Assembly: GCA_963575745.1 (NCBI GenBank)
Contig: CAUYUJ010000001.1
Coordinates: 620,001-684,000 of the forward strand
DNA from: Prorocentrum cordatum
Taxonomy: Eukaryota
DNA length: 64,000 nt
Reading direction: 5' to 3'
Each line of letters begins with the position of its first letter. The stretch's first letter is position 1. Below are positions 10,090-21,049 of this stretch, piece by piece. The position numbers and the translations under genes are program-made. The notes beneath the pieces were generated by a model. It worked only from the letters and a program-made list of their open reading frames with translations. It was not told the DNA's origin and ran no database searches.

Positions 10090-10705
10090 GGGATGAAGTC
10101 TCGAGCAGGGCCGCTGTTGTTGCTGGGAGCGGCGCCAATGCTGAAGAGAGTAGGGCGCTAATCCAGCGTAGGACAAAACGAAGTCTCGAGCGGGAGCGTT
10201 TTTTTGGGGGGGACAGCGGCTGCCGGCGGCGAGGAGGAACACCGCAGTGAGTAAGAAGGGAAGAAGTCTCGAGCGGGAACCGTGGTTTTGTCGGGACGGG
10301 GGCTGTCGGCGGCGACGAACAGCACCGGCCTGAGGAAGAAGAAAGGACATCTCGAGCGGGAGCGTTGTTCTTGCTGGGAGCGGCGCCAGTTCAAAAGAGA
10401 GTAGGGCGCCTGTCCAGCGCAAAACGGGAGGAAACCTCTGGCGGGAGCGCTGGTTTCGTCGGGACGGCGGTTTTCGGCGGCGAGGAGGAGCACCGCCTTG
10501 AGTAGAGAAGGGAGGAAGTCTCGAGCGGGAACGTTGTTGTCGCTGGGGGCGGCGCTGATGAGAGAAAGAGAAGCGCGCCAGTCCAAGGTAAGACGGGGGG
10601 AAGGTCTCGAACGATAGCGTTAGTTCTGTTGGGACGGCGGCTTTCGGCGGCAAGCATGAGTACCAGCCCTGAGCAAAAGAGGCGGACGTCTCGAGCGGGA
10701 GCGTT
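10090..10705. repeat. Degenerate ~85-bp tandem repeat, about 8 units
   Basis: Recurrent gaagtctcgagcgggagcgttg core. Confidence 0.8.
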
Positions 10706-10768
10706 ATTCTTCTTCTTCTTCTTCTTATTCTTCTTCTTCTTCTTCTTCTTATTCGTATTATTATTATT

Positions 10769-10810
<42 letters not shown>

Positions 10811-10878
10811 GGTGTTGTTGTTGTTGTTGTTGTGGTGGTGGTGGTGGTGGTGGTGGTTGTTGTTGTTGTTGTTGTAAC

Positions 10879-10930
<52 letters not shown>
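10706..10930. repeat. (TTC)n-(TTA)n-(TTG)n compound microsatellite
   Basis: Direct inspection. Confidence 0.95.
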
Positions 10931-11129
10931 GAATTCTCATTTCTGGTGAATAATTATGGTTGATCCCCCCACTGGTGCATACTGTTTTTTCTCAATCAAA
11001 GTGTGCCCCTCGACGCTCGCACCCTGTTTTTTGACAGGGAAAGTCTTCCTGCTCAAACTGGTCCCGTGGCCCCTGGGTTACAACAACAACGGTTCCCGCC
11101 CGTTTCCCCCGGGTTACAACAACAACCTG

Positions 11130-14100
11130 GCGAACAGGAAGGCGTTCAGGGGCGTTGCAAGAGGCGCCGCGGCGATGGCTTCTGCGGCGGATGACAGCGG
11201 GCCAACGCCGATGGACACCGGGTCCCTGACGGCGACGTTGGCAGCAGGAGGGATGGCGCTAACCGAGGTGCCGATGGTCGTAAACGCCATCCAGAAGGGC
11301 CAGGGCAAGGGGAAGGGGAAGGGGCAGAGCAAAAGGAAAGACGGCGCCATGAAGGGATGCGGGAAGCTCTAAGACGGAAGCAGGGGCTCCCGATCTCAGC
11401 ACCAGACGCAGAAGGATGGCATGGGCAGAGTTGGAAATGATGGCCAGCGCGTCGAGACGCGGACGTGCAGGAAGTGTCATCAGAAAGGCCACCTGATGAG
11501 AGACTGCCCTGACAAGACTCGAGAGTGAACAGCGCAGCCAGCAAGACGATCGAGTTGAAGGACGTTGAACTTGATTCAGCTGCTTGCGCCTGTGACGGGC
11601 TCAGCAGCGTCGAGCGCGCCGTCCGCGGCGCCGAGCAGCGCCGCCCAGGCGCGGGCCAGCGCCGTGCAGCTGTCAACGGCGAGCTCAGTGGCCGCCCCGA
11701 GTGGCGGCGGCGCCAGCTCAAGTGGTGGCGGGGCCGCGGGAGACGCCGCGCCCGCCATCCAGTGGGCGCTGCGCTTGGCGGCCCAGGCAACGGGCCCCGT
11801 GAATCGGATCTCGATGCCGCGAGCTCCACGGGCTGACGGCCCAGGAGGCGACAGCGAGAGCTGCGAGGAGTATATCGTGGTGGACTCGGGGGCCTCCAGA
11901 GCGACGCGCCCACGCAGCCGCGCCCCGAGCGCGGTGCCGCGTGAGCCCGCCCAGCTCTACGACATCCGCGCCGCGGACGGCAGGCGCGCGAAGCACCGCG
12001 GCGAGAAGAGCGTGCAGAGCGACCAGCTGGACAGCTCAGACGTGCACGGAGTGGGCATCGGCTACCAGGTCGCCGACGTCTCGCGCCCCATCATGGGGGT
12101 AGCCGAGACATGCGACAACGGCCGCTCTGCGCTGTTCTCCATGACGGGCTCGCACATCGTGCCCGCGGCGCTCAGCCTGCCAGAGGGCGTCGCCATCCGG
12201 CTTCCAGTGCGACGCGACAACCTGTTCTGGATGCGAGGGCGCGTCGCGGGAGCCACAGCGACGACGTCCGAGGCGCTGCGGCTCACCCCAGTCGGGGCCA
12301 AGGCGCCCGTGGCAGCAGCCCCCGCGGCGGTCGAGCAGCCTCGTCGCGAGGAGGCCCCGCTGGCAGAGGCGGGGCCCGACGGGGCGCCAGCCAGGGCGAA
12401 GCGGGCGCCGCCGCTCCCCAGCCAGAAGAAGATCGCCAAGCACGAGCTCACTCACCTTCCACCGCGAGGTTGGTGCGACAAGTGCGTGCTGGCCAAGGCG
12501 GCGGACGACCCGCGCCGACAGGGCGGCGGGCCTGGCAGCGTCGACGAGGTGCAGACGGACAACCTGCAGCTCGGCGCCGCGGTCGCAGCTGAGGAGCTGG
12601 CGGCCCAGACGACAGCGCGGCGTGGTTGGCTCCGGCGGATCAGCAGATCGACCAGGCCGCCCTGATGCCGCGGCTGGTGGGCCCAGTCGCTGGCGACGGC
12701 GTGGAGGTGCTGCTCAACGTGCTGGTGGTTGCGCGCCGCCAGTCTGCCGCGGCGCGCGCGGTCCTGGGGTCTAAGGGCATGCGCCCCTTCACGTCCACTG
12801 CAGCGAGTGCGGCCATCGACGCCCGGGGAATCGCGGAGTGCATCCTGCGCGCCTGGCCGAGCAGATGGCCGATGAGCGGCAGATGAAGGGCTTCGAGTGC
12901 CAGCTTGCGGCAGCGCCTGCCAAGAGCCGCGCATCGATGGGTTTCACTGGGGCCATGAACGACCAGGTGGCCAAGCAGGTGCGCGTGATCAAGCTCCAGC
13001 TCGAGTCGGGCATGGGCGCGCGCGCCCCCGTGTCCCCCGGTGCGATGCCGTGGGTGGCCAGGCGCGCTGGGTGGCTCGTCGCGCGGTTTGCTGCCGGGCG
13101 GGCCGCTGGCAAGACGGCCTGCCACGTCAGTCGGGGCAAGCCGTGCCGCGGGGAAATGGCCGCGCTCGGAGAAGTTGCCTGGGCTCGCGTGCCAGGCGAC
13201 CGCGCGCAGAAGGCAGAGGCTCAGTGGCGCTCAAGTGTCTGGCTGGGCAAAACCGAGAAGAGCGACGAGCACCTGGTCGGCGGGTCGCGGCAGACCAGCC
13301 GCCGCCGGGCGATCGGGAGGCAGCCGAGGGAGCGGAGGTTCAACGTGGACGCGCTGAAGAGCTTCGCGGGCCTGCCTTGGAACCTCCAGTCTAAGCCTGA
13401 GCGGGCAGACACCGTTGCCGGGCAGCCCTGGGGCGGCGTTGAACCCCGCCTCGGAGACAGCGTGGCGAGGGCGCGCCAGGCGCAGGCGCAACCGCGCCAG
13501 GCCGAGGGGGCGCATCCAGCGGCAGAGGCAAGCAGCGGCGCCGCAGCAGCAGCAGCTCCAGTGGCCGTAGCGCCAGGGCGACCACCTCCAAGACCTCTGG
13601 GCGCTCCGCCAGCACCCCATGCCCGAGCCGAAGCTCGGATGAGCCACCAACGTGACGAAGAGGATGGTGCAGACCTACGGGCCCACCTTGAACTGTCCGA
13701 GGTGCTGGGGAGGCGAGGCGGCGCACTCTCGTGAGTGCAGGGTGCGCATGGAGGGGAAGCTCCTGGATGAGGTGAATCGGCAGGCAGCGGTTCGCCCGTT
13801 GCCAGGCGACGCCATCGCAGCCCCAGGGGTGGAGGTGGATGCGGCAGCGGTCGACCCCGCAGCCGCGATGGCAGCAGCAGCAGGTGGCGCAGCAACAGCG
13901 GCGAGTTCATCCCAGCCACCTCCTGCGGAGGGCGGCTCAGCGTGCGACTCCGCGGGGGCGGGCGTGGACTCGAGGAGCCGACCGGCAGCTCCCACGGACG
14001 GCGAGCCACGGTCGAAGGCGCCGAGGGTGGCCCACCTCGCGGTGCCCGTGGACGTCAGTGAACCTGCCTACTTCGGACTCGACGGCGAGGACTGCGAGCG

Positions 14101-16463
14101 GCTGCAGCTGTTCGCGGCGTCCGTGCGTGATCGGGAGACCCCGACAGAGTGGGCGTGCGACCTCGTGCCAGAGGCGGTGGTGTACGACAGCCGCTCGGGC
14201 GAGGTGCTGCCGAGGGAGCTCGCGGTGCAGGGGCGCCAGCAGGAGCTCGCCCAGATGGCCGCGTTCGGCGCGCGCGAGGACGCGTCCGACGACGCGAGCG
14301 TAGGCAGGCGCATGCGGAGCAAGTGGCGTGACGGACTCCGATGCAGGCCAGACGGGGCGCCCTTCGTACGGTCGAGACTCGCTGCCGTGGGCTTCAACTT
14401 CTGCAAGCGTGGCGACGTGGCGGCAGGTGCGCCATACCTCTTCCACTTGCGCCCTGTGGTGCCCCTGGCAGAGGCAAGCGGCTCTTCCACTTGCGCCTCG
14501 GAGCCCCTGTCGTGGCAGAGGCAAGTGGCTCTGTGCGATGCCAGCGTGGCGTTCTTCCACGCGGACATGGGCGAGTGGTTGTGCGTGATGCCACCGCCTG
14601 GGCTGCGACGACCTGGGCGGGTCTGGCAGCTCCACGAGGCGCTCTACGGTACAGGGCCTGCGTCAAGGTTGTGGCAGGCATACGTCGGCGACGTCTTCGA
14701 GAAGAGTCAGCCGCCATGGGTTCGGATCACGCCTTGCCCTTGTGCCTTCTACGACGAGACGTCGGACGTCGCGCTGGGCGCGCACGGCGGCGACTTCGCG
14801 GCCGATGGGGATCTCGGCGAAGCTCGACGTGCTCGACGCTGCTGGAGGATCAGCGAGATCAGTAAGCTGGGTCGAGTGGGCCCGGGTGCCACTGGCGGTG
14901 GCCGCGGCAGAAGCGACGCGTCGAGTGGCGGGGGGCTCCGTCTCCTAGCATGGTGTGGAGAGCAGATGACGCGCATGTGGACATCCTACCCGAGCTCTTG
15001 GACCTGCCAGCTGACGCGACGAAGCCTCAGACGAGCCCAGGCTCGAAGGCCACGGGAGGCTCCGTGCCCAAGGAGGCGGTCGTGGACGAGCGGCTGAATA
15101 GGTTGGTGTCCAAGGCAGGCGGAATGCTGACCTACCTGTCCCGGGACGTGCCGCAGGTGCAGTACGCAGCGAAGATGATCATGGCGAAGGCGTCGAAGCT
15201 TACGCCGCTTGCCGAGGTCAGGCTCAAGGGTGCTGCGCGGTACCTGGTGGGGTGCCCAGTGACGGAGTGGCACTGCCCGTTGCATGACTTACCAGTCACG
15301 GCGGACGTCGAGGGCGACAGCGACTGGGCAGGAGCGGATGACGCGAAGTCCACGCAGTGCACGGTGATGATGTTCGGCGATCACTGTCTAGAGGTGACTA
15401 CGTCGACGCAGGGCTACGTAGCGACGTCAGGCGGGTTGGCAGAGCTCCTGGCTCTCAGCAGGGCGGGTGCCTCCGCTATCCTGTTGCAGCAGATGCTCGC
15501 ACAGTGCGGGATCCACGTGCAGGGAGTTGCTGGTGCGGGCAGCTTGGCAGCGAAGGGAATGGCCCACCGAGTGGGGTCAGGCCGAGTGCGGCATCTCCGC
15601 GCCCAGGACTTGTGGATGCAGGAGCGCGTGCGGACTAAGGATCTGCAGGTGATCAAGTTGGACGCGGCGGTGAACCGAGCTGACATCGTGACGACGTACC
15701 TGGGCGGCTCGAGCATTGAGGTGTCGCTGAAGCTCATGGGGCTAGCGACAAGAGGGCGCGCGGCTGGCCATGTGAGCGACTCCGCGGCTGCCGTGCTGAA
15801 GGTATTCTCGGCAGCGGTGTATGTGCGTGGCGCAGCGGGAGTTGCCGCAGCCGCGGGAGAAGGCCAGTGTAACGGCAGCGCGATTGGCATCGTCGCGCCG
15901 CTGTTCCAGTTTGTGCTGGTGTACGTGATTGGAGCCGCGGTGGCGGAGTGCTACCTCGCCAAGAGGCGCTCGAGGGGGCGCCAGCCCGACGCTGCGGGCG
16001 GCGAGGTGATGGGGGGCGGGCGAGACGACAGCGCTCAGGGCGGACGAGAGCGGGTAGCCCCGCCTCTAGCCACAGAGGGCGCGAGCGCCCAGGGCGGGCG
16101 AGAGCGGGAAGCACCGCCTCCGGCCACAGAGGACGCGAACAAGGGGTCGGCAGCGGGAGGCTCCGTGCCGATCAAGAGTGAAGGACCTCGGCAGCGACGA
16201 CAGGTCGCGTCGAGGATCGTGGAGTGCCAGTGCGAGGAGCTCCACGGCGTTCCACTCAGTGGCGAGCAGATAACCGTCAGAGACGAGCTGATGCGCTGGC
16301 GGCGCTGGGGGCGCGGGGCCTCAGCGCGACGGGCCTAAAGGCGAACCTTGCCAACGGGCTGGCGAGGGTGGCGGCGGGGCCATCTGGGGCCAAGCAGGGC
16401 CCGAGGCTGACCGTCGGCGAGCTGGTCGGGTCGACTACGACGGTTGCGGGCGCGCCCAGCTGA
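11130..16463 (+). pseudogene. Frameshifted Copia gag-pol
   Basis: Gag GPTPMDTG, KGKGKG and CRKCHQKGHLMRDC (11466). Protease VVDSGAS (11883). Integrase HELTHLPPRGWCDKC (12441) and VWLGK. RT SRLAA, DASVAFFHA, LHEALYG, HGGDF (14783). RNase H DSDWAG (15316), AEL, RHL...LWMQE, NRADI. Split over at least 5 ORFs. Confidence 0.9.
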
Positions 16464-16640
16464 AGGCGCCCAACGACCCCTGAGAGGCCGCTCCCAGCGG
16501 GAGGCTCCGCGAGGGTGCGCCGCGCTTCGCTCCGCAAGGACGCGGCGAGGAGGCGTGCCAGAGCTATGAACATAGTTATAGGGTGTTGGGGGGCCCCTCT
16601 CGGCTCAAAAAGGATCGCGGCTCCGCGTGGGGTGCCGCGC
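11130..16640 (+). mobile_element. Degenerate Ty1/Copia LTR retrotransposon (gag tail, PR, INT, RT, RNase H); no 5' LTR recognised
   Basis: Domain order PR-INT-RT-RH. Purine-rich tract GGCGAGGAGGCG followed by TG at 16556 may be the PPT and 3' LTR start. Confidence 0.9.
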
Positions 16641-16649
16641 ATATACAGA

Positions 16650-17160
16650 TATCGTAAGTGTAGTATCGTGCATGTCAACTTGTAGTATATTATATTACAA
16701 TGTGTTATAGCATAGGATGTTATACGTTATCGTCGTGTTATATTCTTCACAGTCCGTTATTGCATTCAATAAATGTTCATATTATCCCATTTGATGTCAT
16801 TCCATCTCATTGTGCTGTATCATATAATAAGATACGGTATCATGTTACCTTATCCCATCCTATTAAATTGTATATCGTCATCCATGTTTACGCGATCAAT
16901 GTTTATTTCGAATGTTTATCATATCACACCATAATCCAGCTTTTTATGCCATATGCATTTATGTTCTATTCACGTACATGATACTTATCACATAGCAGTA
17001 TATTAAATCATGTTTAGTCTGTTGTAATAAATTTGCTGTCGTTGTATCATCGCAGTGCGCATTGTATCGACTGGTCTTTTACAGGTATGTCACACTGCAG
17101 TGTTTTATAATATGGAAGATAAGTTGCAGAATCTATCGCATCACTTCCGATTCCTATATT
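16650..17160. repeat. AT-rich low-complexity tract
   Basis: Abrupt GC drop; short TAT/CAT motifs. Confidence 0.6.
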
Positions 17161-18377
17161 GTTCCAGACGCCCTTTCGGACGTCTCAGCGGCCCCCTGGA
17201 CACTCTTGGCAAAGGTCCGCTGGCCCTTCCGGGCCTCCCAGGGCGCCTTTCCCGGCCTTGCGAGCAGACTCAAAGCGATCAGAGGGGTCATCGGAGAGGC
17301 GTAAGAGAGATTCAAGACAGTACAAGAGCGGGGAGGGATGTGTTTGCAATGGGTCTTGGTGCCTCATTGGGGCCTTCTTGGGCTGTCTGGGGGCTCAGTT
17401 GGGGCTCTCCTGGGCTGTTTCGGAGGCCCTCTGGAGCGTCTTTTGGGGCGGCTCTGGAGGTCCTCTGGGGACGTGCTGGCGCTCTCCTGGGGCCAGGTTG
17501 GACTGCCTTCGCGGCCGCCTGGGGCCGTCCTGGATCCCCCCAGAGGCCCTCAGGAGGTTTCCGGAGGACTTCAGAGAAGCGGCATTCTTACGGTGGAGAG
17601 CATTTGGCTTAGCGTGTCGCTCTGCTGGTTCCGGCCCACCACGCTTCGGCGCGACACGCTATCCACGCCCCCAGTCCCAAGCGTCAACGTCCCGAGCTGT
17701 TCCCAGCTTCCCGCCACGCGGGGTGGAGCGACACGCCATCCGCTCGCAGGGCACGTGTCGCCAGGACACCTTAGGCAAGAATTCCCGACCGCAGGGCGCG
17801 CAGATTCGAGACGGGCCCCGCCTGCACGCAGAATCGACGCACTCCGTGGCCAAGCCAGGGGGCACTGCCCTCGTGTTTCGGAGGCACCCTCCCCGACCCG
17901 TGGGTCTGGCGCCAGCGCGCCAGATCCAAGGATCCCTGATGCGTGCCAGCGTGTGCCCGGTGCTGGGCTGGGGAGCGGTGTATGCACGCCCCCCCCCCGG
18001 CTTAGCCAGGGAGGCAGTGCTGCGCACTGCTCCTGGGCCCAGGATTCGGTATAGTTTAACCGACCCCGCCCATCCCCATCCCCATCCAGACCCCCATCAT
18101 CTTACCCCCCAAGTTGGGGACATACCCCTCGAAACCCGATGGCCACGGCCTATGTATCCCCGTCTAGGAGGGTCGATCGGCCAGTTGGGGCCAAGGCCAC
18201 GCCCATGGGGACAGGAGTCGGTTGAACGATGCTCAAGGATGGGCCCGGCCAGGGGCCGGTGGACGTCTGTGCAGGTCTCACCGCTCGGCGCGGCCTCGCC
18301 TTGTGCGGGCCTGCAGGTCAGAGGTACGCCTTGTCTACTGTCGACGGCAAGCCTGGGGGGGGAAGTGAGGAGGGGCG

Positions 18378-18505
18378 GGCCTTCTCAGGGGGCTCAGAAG
18401 TCACCCGACCTTCGGAGAAGTTTCGTAAGCTTTCCCCGGAGACGCTGAAGACTTCTCAGAAGGCCGAAAGGCTTCTGAGAAGCCCCGCCGCCTCCTGAGA
18501 AGACC
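18378..18505. mobile_element. Small inverted-repeat element (MITE-like)
   Basis: ggccttctcagggggc ... gcctcctgagaagacc, with an internal hairpin at 18452-18482. No TSD seen. Confidence 0.45.
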
Positions 18506-19782
18506 TTTTCCTTCTCCCCCCCCCCCTCGTCCGCGGCCAATATTGGGTAGGGAACGGGGGGGACACGTCGCCATCGCAAGAGAATCTTGCCCGCGGCCAT
18601 GGAGAACAACTCACCAGAGCAATCGGATATTGACAGTAACCGCGCGGAACAAGGCGCCAGAGCAACATGACTTTGGCACAAGCCCCGAGATCCGACGACG
18701 TGAACAAACATGCAGCATCGTGCAGAATCACACCCAGAGCCCAGGACCCCGTCTCTCTGCAGCACTTTTCGAGCCCCATCGAGCGGTGAGGGCCCCGGGG
18801 CCCAGAATCGTGCGAACACGCCCGTTGTGAACAAAATGCCCCGCCAGGATCTCAGGCTGGCTCTGCACCCCCCGGGTGCACACGAGCCTCGCCTGCCCCA
18901 ACCTGGCGAGCTCTGGCCCGCGCTGCCCGCCAGCCGGGCAGCTTTCGGAGGGCCCCGGCTCGCCTGGCGCGCGCGGTGCTGGCATCGCGCTCGCGCCGCC
19001 CGCGGCGCGAGCTGCCGAGCCGGCTGTGACTGTGCAAGCCCGAACCAGCCTCGAATTGATCCCTACCCCTATGGGATCGGCAAGCCCAAGGCGATGACAA
19101 CCTCGGGGTTGAGCCCTCAGAGACCGAGGGGAGCCTCAAGGTCGGCATCGAGGTAAGGTGATGCCAAACATAGGGGTAGGGACATGTTTCATGCCAGGTG
19201 ATCGTTTTTTATTCATTGTTTTGCCGATCGGCTCGGGCCCCACCCCCCCCCCTCCCTCCCTCCCCAAAGGGTAGATCTTGGCTATTTTTGGCGCCTCTTT
19301 CTAGCGGGTGGAGTCTCCCCCAGAGGCAGCACTCTTGCAAACAGGCGCACTAAGCAGAGGTCCGGAGCCAGACCCCCTCCCCTTGCCGCCCAATGTCGAA
19401 ACGCCGAATCAAAAGACGCTCGCCAGGCAAACCCGTCGCCCCAGCTGCAGATGCTGGCGCGTCCGAGGGTCCGGGGCTGCCCAGGGGGTGAACCAGGCCC
19501 GCGGTCGGCTGGCTATCCGAAGGGGGTGACGGGGTGGGTCGGGGTGGTCTCGTAGGTCGTCAAGATGAGGGGGGCGGGGGCGGGACACGTGGAGAAAGAC
19601 ACATGCGGCCCGCATCCCCCCCCCCCCCGCCCGGAAGTCGGGCCTTCGGGTTGGGTTCGGGGTGGCCTGGCAGGTCGTCAAAATGACGGGCGCGCTCGCC
19701 CGGCCGCGGGCCCCGGGATCCTCGCGGACCGATCCGGGTTCGGAAAAGGGCGCAGGGAGGCGGGGCTTCGGGCTCTGGTTCT

Positions 19783-20021
19783 AGGCCTCCTAGATGGGGT
19801 CGGAGCAGATGGGGTCGGAGGGTCGCGCCGCATCGGCGATGCATCGGCGATGCATTGGCGATGCGTGGCTCGATGTGGGGCCCGATTTTCTTTCCGACGT
19901 CGCGGATGTATCGCCGACGTCGCCGGTACCATCGCCGATGCATCGGCGATGCATCACCGATGTATCGGCGATACGGCGAGATCTTCCGACCCCACTAACT
20001 CGGACCCCATCTCGGAGGCCT
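19783..20021. mobile_element. MITE with ~20-bp TIRs and CT 2-bp TSD; partial second copy at 25620-25791
   Basis: ct|AGGCCTCCTAGATGGGGTC ... GACCCCATCTCGGAGGCCT|ct, with internal CATCGGCGATG palindromic repeats. Confidence 0.75.
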
Positions 20022-21049
20022 CTACTGGTCGTGATTTTTTCGCGGTGCTGCAGTTTTTTTTTGTAACGTTCGATCTCCGTGCCAGGACCCTGCAGGCGAC
20101 TGGTTGAAGTGATCTTCCCGAGGGACAACAAATTTCCCAAACAGTGCTTGCACCTAGGTGTTCTCATTTCTGGAAGGAGAGACTGGGGGGGAGTGTTGGT
20201 CTGGCGGCGATGTTGCCGCCGTCGCCTCCCCGTCGCCTCGTCGTTGTTTGGGCGAGGTTGATGACCTGTTGGCTATGTTGCCGCCGTCGCCGCCTCGTCG
20301 CCACCTCGTCGCCGCCCGTCGTCTGGGCGGGTCGTCGGTCTGGAGGCTATGATGACGCCATCGTCGCCTTGTCGCCGTCCTGTCGCCGCCTCGTCGTCGC
20401 CACATCGGTTGTTCCACACAGATTGTACAATACATTTTGCACCACGTTCTTGCGCAACATCGATTGCACCACATAGATTGCACAACAAAGATTGCAAAAC
20501 ATAGATTGCACAACGCATACTGCGCTGTACATGAATTGCACCCCGTAGATTGCACAACATTCGTTGTACCAAACAGAATGCACCACCTATATTGTTCCAA
20601 GTCAGTTTATTTTTCGAATTAAAGATTCGGATCTCCCCCTGGGTTTTATCTCTCCCCCTTGGATAGTACAATACACATCTGGTGTTGCCACATCGTTTTT
20701 CTGATATAAAATAGAGTTGGAGTTCATACCATCCTACCCAGACCCATCATCGCCCCCCTCACCCCTGGCAAATAATATTGTGCGCGCCACCGTATGTCAC
20801 AATGCTTTCGTTTTCGGAAATCACTTGCGCACGACTAGACAAAGTCCGCGCGCGCGGCGTCGCGCGCGCATGCCGAAATCTTTCAAACACCGTTTGGTTT
20901 CTTGGGGATGTCAATACCGAGGTTCCCGACAACATGTGAACAGTATGGGCTTCTTCAAGCTCGTTTTTCAAAAGAAACAGCTGCGCACGTGCTGCTGCGA
21001 ATCCTTGGGGGATTTTTTCTTCATGTGCGTCACATGAGACCATGCAGGC

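Noticed and set aside
10930..11130. 5' LTR and primer-binding site of the Copia element
   Set aside because: No match to the sequence after 16556 and no convincing tRNA-complementary site.
17159..18448. 429-aa ORF
   Set aside because: It crosses several unrelated repeats and has no recognisable domain; GC-rich chance ORF.
18445..18490. Hammerhead ribozyme (CTGAAGA followed by a stem with GCCGAAAGGC)
   Set aside because: The required GAAA after stem II is missing, and stems I and III are not evident.
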